From NCBI GenBank assembly GCA_050633305.1, contig JBOEGF010000027.1, positions 159,403 through 223,402 of the forward strand: DNA of 64,000 nt, written 5' to 3'. Position 1 is the first letter of the stretch. Every line of letters begins with the position of its first letter. The stretch is from Nannocystales bacterium. GTDB taxonomy: Bacteria; Myxococcota_A; Polyangia; Nannocystales; Nannocystaceae. Below the pieces are notes generated by a model that searched no databases, was not told the origin of the DNA, and saw only the letters and a program-made list of their open reading frames with translations. The translations under genes and the position numbers were made by a program. Shown here piece after piece: positions 42,078 through 54,908 of this stretch.

Positions 42078-42803
42078 GTGGGCCTCAAGGATCTATTCAG
42101 TAGTTCGGGACGCGCCAAGTCGCGGCTCGACAAGTGGACCAAGACGGCGACGAGCCCGTACACGCAGTCGGCCGAGCGGTACGCGGCGATGCAGAACATG
42201 ATCAAGGACGGCTCCGACGAGGCGCTGTTCTGCCTGTTCAAGCGGTTCACGGTCGTCTCGACCAAGAGCATCGAAGACGAGGAAGAGAAGAGCTGGGCCT
42301 ATCGGGAGCTGTCCGGCCTTGGGCCCAAGGTCCTCCCCGCCGCCAAGCGCTTCTGTATCGAGGCCGAGAGCGTTGCGTGGGCGCTGCGCATCATCGAAGA
42401 CGTCGCCGACGAGACCCAGGAATGGGAAATTCTCGACGAGCTGCTCAAGAACCATCCGCCCGGTTACGAGCGCGACGCGGCGAAGAAGCAGCAGATTCTC
42501 ACCCACCTCTCGGAGATCGACGACCCCAAGGTTGCCGAGCTTCTCGCGGGGTATCTCGAAGACCACGACGAGGGCGTGCGGTTCTTTAGCGTGGAACAGC
42601 TGGTCGACATCGCGGACGAGTCGGTCAAGCCCGCGATGCTCGCCCGCCTGCTGAACCCCGAAGAAGACTCGCTCCGCCTTCGGACGCGAATCCTCGAAGG
42701 ACTCGCGGAGCTGGAGTGGGATGTCTCCGAACAGACGGACGCCATCTCCAAAGTCATTGGTCAAGAACACGCCCTCCAGGGCGGAAAAATCGTCAGAAGG
42801 TAA
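42078..42803 (+). CDS. HEAT-repeat protein
   Basis: [24 protein letters not shown] helical repeats. Confidence 0.75.
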   Translation: MGLKDLFSSSGRAKSRLDKWTKTATSPYTQSAERYAAMQNMIKDGSDEALFCLFKRFTVVSTKSIEDEEEKSWAYRELSGLGPKVLPAAKRFCIEAESVAWALRIIEDVADETQEWEILDELLKNHPPGYERDAAKKQQILTHLSEIDDPKVAELLAGYLEDHDEGVRFFSVEQLVDIADESVKPAMLARLLNPEEDSLRLRTRILEGLAELEWDVSEQTDAISKVIGQEHALQGGKIVRR

Positions 42804-42814
42804 GGGATCGGGCA

Positions 42815-46084
<3,270 letters not shown>

Positions 46085-46120
46085 CGACTCTGGGCGCAAG
46101 CGCGCGTCCGAAGGCATCTC

Positions 46121-46609
46121 ATGGCCGACGAAACCTACCCGATGACTCCCGCGGGCCTGCAGACCCTCAAGGCTGAGCTCAAGCAGATCAAAGAGATCGA
46201 CCGGCCCCACAACGTGCAAGAGATCGAAGAGGCGCTCGAGCACGGCGACCTCCGCGAGAACGCGGAGTACCATGCGGCGAAGGATCGCCAGGCCGAACTC
46301 GACGCCCGCATGCGCTTCGCCGAGTACCGGATCAGCCGCTCCAAGGTCATCGACCCCAGCAAGATGAGCTCGCCGAAGGTCGCGTTCGGAGCCACGGTCA
46401 CCGTGCTCGACATGGACACCGACAAAGAGGACACCTACAGCATCGTCGGCGAGCACGAGTTCGACGTCGATCGTGGGCGCATCTCGTTCAAATCCCCGAT
46501 TGCCCGCGTCCTGATGGGCAAAGAAGAAGGCGACGAGGCGATCCTCAAGCTTCCCCGCGGCGACCGCGAGCTCGAAGTCGTCTCGATCGAATACAAGGCC
46601 CTCGAATGA
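46121..46609 (+). CDS. greA: Transcription elongation factor GreA
   Basis: HGDLRENAEYHAAK, ISFKSPIAR. Confidence 0.96.
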   Translation: MADETYPMTPAGLQTLKAELKQIKEIDRPHNVQEIEEALEHGDLRENAEYHAAKDRQAELDARMRFAEYRISRSKVIDPSKMSSPKVAFGATVTVLDMDTDKEDTYSIVGEHEFDVDRGRISFKSPIARVLMGKEEGDEAILKLPRGDRELEVVSIEYKALE

Positions 46610-47079
46610 CCAGCATCCGCGCTCTCGGGCTCGCAGCATTTGCGCTGCTCACCACCACCATCACCGCGTGTCGCCCCTCCGAAGGGGAGCGCTGCATCTG
46701 TGCGGGTGAGTGCGCAGGCGGACTGGTTTGCGCCGCCGACGGTGCCGTGCTTCGCGGCGGCCAATGTGTCGGCTCCGTGAGTAACGACCTGGAGTCAGGT
46801 GTTTGCGTCGACGCGGGCAACGTCGACTTCGGGGACGACGCCCTCACACCCCCGCCCAAGTTCGACGCCGGAGGGTGGGCGACCAGCGGCACGCTTCCGA
46901 TGACGACCGCGAGCAGCGCATCAGAGACAGAGGCCACGACCACCCCCGAGGAAACCTCATCCTCCAGCGGCGACACGTCCGGAAGTGAGAGTTCCTCGTC
47001 GAGCGATGCGTCGTCCGACACCTCGACCAGCACCGGGACCGCCGAGACCGGCGCGACCGACACCACGAGCACCATGTAA
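46606..47079 (+). CDS. Cys-rich lipoprotein with Ser/Thr tail
   Basis: Lipobox ITAC; ATGA overlap with greA. Confidence 0.7.
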   Translation: MTSIRALGLAAFALLTTTITACRPSEGERCICAGECAGGLVCAADGAVLRGGQCVGSVSNDLESGVCVDAGNVDFGDDALTPPPKFDAGGWATSGTLPMTTASSASETEATTTPEETSSSSGDTSGSESSSSSDASSDTSTSTGTAETGATDTTSTM

Positions 47080-47171
47080 GCGCGCTCGGGGCGGTTGGTT
47101 GTTCCCGTATGGAATGGGACCAACAGCCTCCGGGGGCGACGAATGCCCCCTCGACGGATATCGTGAGCGGC

Positions 47172-48002
47172 ATGCGCAGCTTCAGTTCGGTCGGACCCCT
47201 GTGGGCAAGCCTTTGTCTCGCAGGCTTGGCGGTCTTCGGTTGCCAGCGCATCGGGGACGGTGAGTCCGACGATGACAACGGCAACACACCGGTCGACACC
47301 GACATCGACGACGACGGTCTGTCCGGCGGGTCCTTGCTCGAGAGCGGAACCTTCGACGACACCGCGGACGACGACGACGGCGGCTCCGAAGTCAACTGCG
47401 ACCCGGTGACCAGTGCGGAGTGCGGTGACGACGAGAAGTGCACCGTGGTCCTGCAGGGGGCCGAGCCCAGCTTCACGTGTGTGGGCGAAGCCGGCTCGCT
47501 CGCCATCGGAGCGGACTGCACGGTCAGCCTCAGCGACGGGTTGGACGGCTGCGCCGCGGGGAGTGTCTGTCTGGGCGAGGACGCCGGGACCTGCCGGCCC
47601 TTGTGTGCCAACTCGTCCGACTGTAGCAGCGCGCTCTGTCTCGACGACCCGCTCTACGGCGTCCCCCACTGCGCACCGGACTGCTCCCCGTTTGAGCCGA
47701 CGTGCTCCAACTTGCTGCAATGCCGCCGCCAGAACGACCGATTCTCCTGCGTCGATGCGCTGCCGGGCGACGTCGGCGGTGCGGGTGAGCCTTGCACCCT
47801 GCAAGGCGACGCAGGCTGCGGACAAGGTCAGATGTGCGTGACCGGAGCCCTGGTTCCAGACTGCACCACCGCCGGCTGCTGTACTCCGCTGTGTGATCTC
47901 GACAGCTCGGTCGGGTGTGATGCGCCCGCGACCTGCACCCCCGCGCTCGAGAGTGCCGCGCCAGGATTCGAGTCCATCGGAGCCTGCTTCGTGCCAGCCT
48001 GA
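47172..48002 (+). CDS. Cys-rich lipoprotein
   Basis: Lipobox VFGC; CDP...C..DEKC and CCTPLCDL...GAC motifs. Confidence 0.8.
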   Translation: MRSFSSVGPLWASLCLAGLAVFGCQRIGDGESDDDNGNTPVDTDIDDDGLSGGSLLESGTFDDTADDDDGGSEVNCDPVTSAECGDDEKCTVVLQGAEPSFTCVGEAGSLAIGADCTVSLSDGLDGCAAGSVCLGEDAGTCRPLCANSSDCSSALCLDDPLYGVPHCAPDCSPFEPTCSNLLQCRRQNDRFSCVDALPGDVGGAGEPCTLQGDAGCGQGQMCVTGALVPDCTTAGCCTPLCDLDSSVGCDAPATCTPALESAAPGFESIGACFVPA

Positions 48003-48041
48003 GGGCGGCGGGCCATGCCGCTCCCCAACGCCGCGGCTGGG

Positions 48042-49094
48042 TCAGCCAAGCGTCGACGACGCCCGCCCCCCACCACCGGGCGTCCTGTACCCGCCCGCGC
48101 TCCTCGTCGCCCACGAGAGTTGCTCGAGCACGACCTGGGCTTCGCGTGGCTCGGTGGGCGGGAGCTCCACGCTCGAGAGTTCGAGGTCGCCTGGCCGCTG
48201 CCAATCCACGCGAACCTGACCCCGCTGCATCGAAACCGCCCGGATCGCGGACAGCGGGATGAGGAAGTCTGAGCGCGCGTCGCGACGGCGCAGCGCAAGG
48301 ACGTCCGCGCGAATCTCGAAGCGCTCGACCGGCTGATCGAGGTGGACCATCGCCGCCACCACGACGCCGAACAGCAGCAGTATTACGCTGACCGGTCCAC
48401 CAAGGCCCATCAACGCCACGGTCATGTCGTACACCGCTTCAAAGAAGCTGCCCTCCCACGCCCGCTCCCGGAACACCCGGACCGGAAGCGTCGGGTTCCC
48501 GACAAAGGGTCGCAAGACCCAGGACAACTGGGCACCGACAATTCCGTGGGTCAGCATCCAAGACCACAACACCCGCCGGGAAACTGCGGCGTCTGCGATG
48601 AGGGCGTCGAGGAGCCCGCGGAGTCGAGCGACCGCAACGATTCCTGCGCCCCCCATGATGAGCACGTGTCCGGTCAGCAGCCAGTGCGAGGTTGGGACCG
48701 ACTGCGCCCCTTCGGGCGGTCCGACCTGCATCGAAACGAATGCCGCGACGGGTGCCAAACTGCCCAAGATCGAGCCGAGGATCGCCATCGCCAACACCGA
48801 TGCGGTCAGAGCCTGAAGTGGCGCGATGCGGGCCCGGAGCAGGCCGGACAACACCACGTCCAACGCCGCGGTCAGGGCCGCAGTCGCCAAGAACATCAGC
48901 GGCAGTTTGATCGCGCCGCTGACGGCCTGAAGCGGGCTACGCCACAGGCCCATCGCAAACCCGTACGCGCCGCAGCCCACCGCAAGGATCGCCAGGGACG
49001 TTAGCAGGACGGGGCCGAGACGCTGAGCGTCGACCACCCGCCGCAGCAAGACCCCGTCCAGGCTGAGAACGCTCCGAAGCTGAGAACGCTTCAT
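48042..49094 (-). CDS. Polytopic membrane protein
   Basis: Multiple TMs; KLPL, VGAQLSWVLRPFVG; ATGA overlap with the upstream gene. Confidence 0.75.
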   Translation of the reverse strand: MKRSQLRSVLSLDGVLLRRVVDAQRLGPVLLTSLAILAVGCGAYGFAMGLWRSPLQAVSGAIKLPLMFLATAALTAALDVVLSGLLRARIAPLQALTASVLAMAILGSILGSLAPVAAFVSMQVGPPEGAQSVPTSHWLLTGHVLIMGGAGIVAVARLRGLLDALIADAAVSRRVLWSWMLTHGIVGAQLSWVLRPFVGNPTLPVRVFRERAWEGSFFEAVYDMTVALMGLGGPVSVILLLFGVVVAAMVHLDQPVERFEIRADVLALRRRDARSDFLIPLSAIRAVSMQRGQVRVDWQRPGDLELSSVELPPTEPREAQVVLEQLSWATRSAGGYRTPGGGGRASSTLG

Positions 49095-49831
49095 CGACGC
49101 GTCGCCGGGACGGAAGCCTGCACCCAGTGCTCGAGGAAGAACATGCGCTCGGAGTGCCACAGGCCGTCGAACTCGCCGACCAGCGGCCGGAGGGTGGTCG
49201 TCATCTGCAGCATCACCACGACGAACATGAGGCCCCACGCGCGTACGCCCGCGATCGTCCGGCCGTTGAGCGCCCGCATCACCTTCGACATCAGCCGAAC
49301 ACCGACCGTCGATGCGACGACGAGGGCGATCACATGCAGGCTCCCCATCACTCCGGGCGCATCCGTGCTCTGCGAAAACAGCCACGTCACAGGCGCAAGC
49401 GCGACCAACAGCACGCCAATGAGCGCGATGCCCATCGCCAGCGTTAGCGCGGTCTCACGCACCGACTGTCCCGCCCCCGCGACCGAGGAGAAGACGTAGA
49501 GGCTGGGAAAACACAGCAACGCGCAAACCGTGAGCCCGAGGCAGAGCTTCAGCGGGACGACGAACATCTGACTCCCGCCGGAGAACGACGCGACGACCAA
49601 CCCGACGATGACCATGGCCCCGAGCGTCAGCACGGCCAGGCGAAGCACGGGCCGCCTTCCAGGGCGGTTGGCCTCCGCGAGCAGATCGGCCGGAGTCTGC
49701 ACGAGCGCGGCAATGATCCCCGCGAACCCGGGCCCGACGGGCCCCCCCTTGCCTCGCAGCGATGGTTCGACGATCGGAGCGTGAACAGTTGAGGACGGTG
49801 TTGGGGGATCGGACTGCGAGCTCGGCACCAC
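49091..49831 (-). CDS. Polytopic membrane protein, paralog of the downstream gene
   Basis: PLKL, LCFPSLYVF, LQMTTTLRPLVG; C-terminal half of ORF 49091-50593, internal GTG start inferred. Confidence 0.7.
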   Translation of the reverse strand: MVPSSQSDPPTPSSTVHAPIVEPSLRGKGGPVGPGFAGIIAALVQTPADLLAEANRPGRRPVLRLAVLTLGAMVIVGLVVASFSGGSQMFVVPLKLCLGLTVCALLCFPSLYVFSSVAGAGQSVRETALTLAMGIALIGVLLVALAPVTWLFSQSTDAPGVMGSLHVIALVVASTVGVRLMSKVMRALNGRTIAGVRAWGLMFVVVMLQMTTTLRPLVGEFDGLWHSERMFFLEHWVQASVPATRR

Positions 49832-50593
49832 GGCCCAGGGGTAGCGCCGTGCGTACGCCCGACCCAGCTCAACCCGGGCGAGAGGATGGGGACGTGCACT
49901 CAACGGTCGTGGCGGGCGACTCAGTGGCGCCCGCCAACCCTCAGGGCAACCCGACCGGAAGGGGCTCGCAGCGGGCCCGCGCGACGGTAGACCCCCCGCG
50001 ATCGCCCCCTCGCGGTTCTGAAGCGAAACAGGCACGGGGACCGTCGCCGCACCCGGGAGGCGAGACTTCGCGAAGAGAGCCACGGCTCCATCGCAATCAA
50101 ATGGAGCAAGCGCGTGCGCAGGACCGAGGCTGATGCCGTCCTCGACCACCAGCTCCCCGGCTTCTTCCCAAAGGTCGACAAACCGGAGTTGCTCACCGAG
50201 AGCGATGCCGAGCCAAACCCCCGAGGGGACTTCGGACTCCGCGCCGCCGACCTCGACGACCAGCACCGGGCCGACCTGCGTCTCCACGCCGCGGACCCGA
50301 CACGGCAACGTCTCGCACGGAACCGGCATCTCCCCTGCGCTGCGCGACGGAGTCTTTGTGGAGTGAACGAGTTCCACGATGGTGTCCGTGGCCGGCCGAA
50401 GCGCCCACCCGCACACGGAGCCAGCAAACATCGTCAGCGCGCCGGACGGATCAGCATCGCCACAGGGAGACGCCGGGGCTTCATCGCGATCCTCCGGCGC
50501 TTCGGCCTCGGGTGTGCCTGGGGATCCGCCACCGCTGGTGCCGCAGCCGACGGCAAGCGCCAGCGCGACGAAAGCGATCGTGCGACGCATCAA
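49832..50593 (-). CDS. Hypothetical lipoprotein, in frame with the downstream membrane gene
   Basis: Lipobox AVGC; ATGA overlap with the upstream gene; no in-frame stop before the next gene, so the 3' end is uncertain. Confidence 0.55.
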
Positions 50594-51204
50594 CCGGCAG
50601 CGGCGTTGACCGTCAGAGCACCGCCATCACCGGGCGCACCCACGCCGGAGTCGGAGACTGTGCTGACCGTCCAGACCGTATCTCCGTCGGAGTTGTAGCC
50701 CCGGGTGCCGCCGACCTCGAGGCGGACGCGCGGTGCGAACCCGCCGTCGCATGCCGCGAGTTCCGCGTTGGGCAAGGGCCCGAACAGCAACACACGACCC
50801 TCGAGCGGGCCGGTGATGCTGTACGTGACCGTGAGTCGGCTGGAGTCGTCGAGCAGCTGCTGGTAGCCCACGATTTCGCACTCCGCACGTCCCGGAACAT
50901 CTTCCTGGCACAGCCGATCCATCCATCCCTCGCCGCCCGCCTCCAGGTCTCCAAAGACGAGCTCTCCGTCCTCGCCCTCGAGACCCCAGTTCGAGTTGGT
51001 CGCGTAGAAATCCTCGTAGCAGGACTCGTAGCTCATCTGAATCTCGACCTGCGTTGTTCCCGTGAAGGGACTCTCGGCCTCCGAGTCGGAGCGCGAGAAC
51101 TGGATCTTCACGAACCCGTGGGTGTCTTCGACTGGGGGGTCTCCGCAGCCGCTCAGAGCAAGCATCGGAGCCAGGACGAAAGCTGCTACGCAGGCGATCC
51201 TCAT
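50590..51204 (-). CDS. Hypothetical lipoprotein
   Basis: Lipobox LSGC; acidic beta-rich domain. Confidence 0.75.
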   Translation of the reverse strand: MRIACVAAFVLAPMLALSGCGDPPVEDTHGFVKIQFSRSDSEAESPFTGTTQVEIQMSYESCYEDFYATNSNWGLEGEDGELVFGDLEAGGEGWMDRLCQEDVPGRAECEIVGYQQLLDDSSRLTVTYSITGPLEGRVLLFGPLPNAELAACDGGFAPRVRLEVGGTRGYNSDGDTVWTVSTVSDSGVGAPGDGGALTVNAAAG

Positions 51205-51444
51205 CGCGCGGAGCATATCGCACCCTCCTAGGGCCGAGCCACGGGCAAGCTGCCCCGGCGTCGGTCGTGTGCGACCGCAAACGAAGGCGGCTCGCAGTAC
51301 CGGTGAGGTGACGCCGATCACAGGGGCCCCATGGTGCCAGGGACCGGCTCGAGGGGCGTGTTAAGGTCCGGCACCGGCGGTTGTGCGCGTTTTGCACACC
51401 GTTGGTTCGACCTTCGCTTCTCTTACCGTCCTGCGCATCTGGCC

Positions 51445-53391
51445 ATGCTCGACACGCCGCCCCCTTCTGCGTCGCCTTCGACTGTCGCTCCCGTCGCCGC
51501 CCTTGGCAGCCCGATCGAGCAAAGCCTCGGAATCGTTCAGCCGCTCGCGGCGTCGTGGCGAGCGCGAGTGGTCGACTCGATGGACACGACCAGTCCCGGA
51601 GAACGTTGGTTGGCCGCGGTGCCGGATGTCGGTCCAAGCTGCGAGGTGATCCTCGCGGACACGCTTCTGCACGATCTGGGCGCCGCCGAAAAAGCAGACC
51701 TGCTGCGATGGATTCGGGCGACACAAGACGCATCCGGGGCATGGCTCAGCACGGGGGGCAGTCCAGATCTCTCGCTGACGGTCCTCGGCTGGTGGGCGCG
51801 TCGCTGCGCTGGCGACGACCCGAGCGAGCCCTCGATGGTTCGTGCACAGAGGGTTGTGCACGCGCTTGGCGGTGCACAGCGAACAAACTTCGAGGTCCGG
51901 CTGTGGCTCGCGCTGTGCGGCGCTGTGCCCTGGGACTTCCTCCCCGCCATCCCTGGCGAGCTGTTCTTGCTGCCGCGCTCGATGTGGGTCTCGCCCAGCC
52001 GCGTGGCTCCTTGGGCCCGCGGCGTGCTGACGCCGTACTACGTCCTGGCTCGAGCCGGTGCCCGTCTGCGGCTGCCAGACCCCTCGCCGCTCATGCTGCG
52101 TCGCGATCCGGACGCATCCATGGTGTGCCCACGACTCACCCGGCCCGGCCTTGCGGGGGATCTGCTGCAGGCCTTCGACCGAACGGTGAAGCTGTCGCAG
52201 AAGCTCCCACGCGGTCCACTGCGGCGCCGCGCGGTCGCTCGCGCGGTCGCGTGGATCGAGGACACCAAACAGCGCCACGGAGGATGGTTCTCCACCCGAC
52301 CGACGCTGCTGTCGCTTCTGGCGCTGCGAGTCCAAGGCGCCACGGAAGACGACCCCCGCGTGGTCAGCGGCCTCGCTCACCTTCGGGCATCCCGAGGCAA
52401 CGCGGTCGTTCGCCGCGGCATCGGCCAGGGCGAGACAGCGCTGGCGCAGGGGCTCGGCGGCACACACGTCGCGACCGCAGCTCGCCTCGTGCTCGCCGAC
52501 GGCACGCCCTCCGACATCTCGACGCTGCTCCGCATGGAGCTGAGCACGCCCGGGCCGTGGCAGGACCGGGCCAACGCACTCGCGGGTGGCTGGCCCCACG
52601 AGCCGGGTGCCGAACACCACCTCGACCTGGACGCGACCTGCAACGTCCTCGCCGTGCTCGGCGGGATCGCCGAAGACAGCCCGCTGCGCACCCCGGCCTG
52701 GGCCGCCCGGCGGCGAGCCACCGACATTCTGCTCGCAATGCAGGAGGGCCCCGGCGGCTTCGCCCGCTTCGAACGCGGAGAAGCGTCCGTGTTCCTGAGG
52801 CGTTTTCCGTGGGCCGACGGCGACCTGCTGGCGATGGGGAACCCCCGCGACACCGACCGCGTCCGACTCGCCGCCCATGCCCTGGGCCACCTCGGCCGGA
52901 CCGGCTTCCGCATCGATGACGACCGAGTCGCCCGCGGGATCGCCTGGCTACGGAGCGTCACCTCCGATGCCTATGACACCCGTTCGATCGCGACGCTCTC
53001 GGGCCTGGCGGGTGCGGCGGTCGCAACCTGCCCTCCGTCACACCCGATGCGCCAAGAGATGGAACACCGGCTGCGCGCTCGCCAGCGCGAGGACGGAAGC
53101 TTCGGCGACCTCGTCGACACCGCCCAGGCCCTGTGCGCGCTGCTCGAACTCTCGGGCCCCTGCGTGCAGTGTCATCGCGCCGCTCGGCACCTCGCCGAAG
53201 CCGTGGCCCGCCACGGCGATGACCTCGAGCTCGCCAGTCAGGCCTCGTGCCAAGGACTGGGCCTCAGCGCCCGACTGGAGGACCCGTCAGCAACCGCGCG
53301 CGAAGTCTCGCTCGCCCTCCGTGCGTTCGTCCGGCAGACCAGCGGCGCACAACCCAACAAACGAACGGGCTCCCGTTCGTCCAACAGGTAG
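51445..53391 (+). CDS. Divergent squalene-hopene cyclase-like protein
   Basis: QW-like repeats (QDASGAW, QREDGSF, MQEGPGGF); RLWLALCG..PW...PAIPGELFLLP...WAR; GGW before DLDAT in place of DxDDT. Confidence 0.8.
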   Translation: MLDTPPPSASPSTVAPVAALGSPIEQSLGIVQPLAASWRARVVDSMDTTSPGERWLAAVPDVGPSCEVILADTLLHDLGAAEKADLLRWIRATQDASGAWLSTGGSPDLSLTVLGWWARRCAGDDPSEPSMVRAQRVVHALGGAQRTNFEVRLWLALCGAVPWDFLPAIPGELFLLPRSMWVSPSRVAPWARGVLTPYYVLARAGARLRLPDPSPLMLRRDPDASMVCPRLTRPGLAGDLLQAFDRTVKLSQKLPRGPLRRRAVARAVAWIEDTKQRHGGWFSTRPTLLSLLALRVQGATEDDPRVVSGLAHLRASRGNAVVRRGIGQGETALAQGLGGTHVATAARLVLADGTPSDISTLLRMELSTPGPWQDRANALAGGWPHEPGAEHHLDLDATCNVLAVLGGIAEDSPLRTPAWAARRRATDILLAMQEGPGGFARFERGEASVFLRRFPWADGDLLAMGNPRDTDRVRLAAHALGHLGRTGFRIDDDRVARGIAWLRSVTSDAYDTRSIATLSGLAGAAVATCPPSHPMRQEMEHRLRARQREDGSFGDLVDTAQALCALLELSGPCVQCHRAARHLAEAVARHGDDLELASQASCQGLGLSARLEDPSATAREVSLALRAFVRQTSGAQPNKRTGSRSSNR

Positions 53392-53393
53392 AC

Positions 53394-54851
53394 ATGACCG
53401 CCCCGACGAACCACTTCGACGTCGTGATCATCGGTGCTGGCCTCGCCGGCTGCGCCACGGCCCGCGCACTGCGAGCCGCCGACCCCACCGGACGCCGCCG
53501 GATCGCACTGATCGACAAGTGCACTGACGTGCACCCTCAGTTTTCCGGCGAGTTCATTCATCCGCGGGGCGCGGAGATCCTCGACAGCCTCGGCTTCTAC
53601 GAACCGCTGATCGAAGCCGGTGCCGTCGACGTCGACGGGTTTCTCGTCTTCGAGCACGCTGATGCTCAGCCGATCGAGCTCGAGTACAGCGACGTCCCCA
53701 ACCGGCGGGACCGGGGTCTGTCGGTACACCACAAGACCCTCGTCCGGACGATTCGCGGCGAGTTGCGAGCCGCCGGCGGCATCGATATGCGCGAAGGCTG
53801 GTCGCTGATCGATCTCGTTCGGGACGATTCAGGCCGGACCACCGGCGTTGTCCTGCTCGATCCCGACAAGACCCGCCACACCTTGAACTGTGACCTCGTC
53901 GTTGCGGCTGACGGCAAGAACAGCTCGGTCCGCAAGCTCGCGGGCATCGGCGATGGGGGACGCGAGACCATCGGCTTCACCGCAGGCGTGTCGGTCACCG
54001 ACGCAACGCTGACACGAGACACGTACGCCCACGTCTTGCTCGGAGCATGGGGCCCGGTGCTCGCGTACCCGATTCAGAACGAGCAGGACGGGACCGTCAC
54101 CACGCGGATCACCATCGACCTGCCCAAGGAGCTGCCCGCCAAGGGTGCGGCCCTCAAGGACCACCTCCTCGAGGCCTACATCCCTTTCCTGCCCGCACCC
54201 CTGTCGACCCAGGTCGCCGAGGCGATTCGCAAGCATCCGGGCAACCTCTACATGGCGCCCACGGTGAACCTCCCCGCCCCCGCCGCCGCACAGCCCGGCA
54301 TCGCGTTGGTCGGGGACGCAGGTGGCTGCTCGCATCCGATCACGGCGAGTGGAATGACGATGGGCCTCCGGGACGCGGAGACCCTGGGCGAGGAGGCGAG
54401 TCGCCGCGCGAATACGCCGACCGACGAAGTCTGGTTCGACACCGCCGCGCTCCGTCGCTACCGCGCGCAGCACGACCGCTACGTCCCCACCCGTCAGGCC
54501 CTTGCCGATGCGATCTACGAGGCCTTTCGCGGCGAGCGGGAAGGATCCCGGGCGATCCGGCGGGCGCTCTTCGAATACTGGGGAAGTGGACGGTCGGCGC
54601 GGAGCCGGTCGATGTCCCTCCTCTCGTGCAGTGAGGGCCGTCCGTCGGTGTTCCTGAGCGAGTACTTCAAGACCGCTCGACATGCGCTCAGCTCGAGCCT
54701 GGTCCCGCAGCACGCCCGCAGATACCCGGTTGCGGACCGGGTCCGCCGTGCGCGCGGTGCCGCCTCCCTCGCCAAAGACAAACTGGGGCTTGTTGCCGCA
54801 GTCATGTGGGCCCAGGTCCGCCCCAGTTGGATGCCCCACACGGCCCGATGA
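53394..54851 (+). CDS. Squalene epoxidase-like FAD monooxygenase
   Basis: GAGLAG, GEFIHPRG, ADGKNSSVR, GDAGGCSHPITASGMT. Confidence 0.8.
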   Translation: MTAPTNHFDVVIIGAGLAGCATARALRAADPTGRRRIALIDKCTDVHPQFSGEFIHPRGAEILDSLGFYEPLIEAGAVDVDGFLVFEHADAQPIELEYSDVPNRRDRGLSVHHKTLVRTIRGELRAAGGIDMREGWSLIDLVRDDSGRTTGVVLLDPDKTRHTLNCDLVVAADGKNSSVRKLAGIGDGGRETIGFTAGVSVTDATLTRDTYAHVLLGAWGPVLAYPIQNEQDGTVTTRITIDLPKELPAKGAALKDHLLEAYIPFLPAPLSTQVAEAIRKHPGNLYMAPTVNLPAPAAAQPGIALVGDAGGCSHPITASGMTMGLRDAETLGEEASRRANTPTDEVWFDTAALRRYRAQHDRYVPTRQALADAIYEAFRGEREGSRAIRRALFEYWGSGRSARSRSMSLLSCSEGRPSVFLSEYFKTARHALSSSLVPQHARRYPVADRVRRARGAASLAKDKLGLVAAVMWAQVRPSWMPHTAR

Positions 54852-54908
54852 CGGCCGCGTAGCGTCTTGGATTGACAAAGCTTTTCGCCGAGCCCTACGC
54901 TGAAACCA

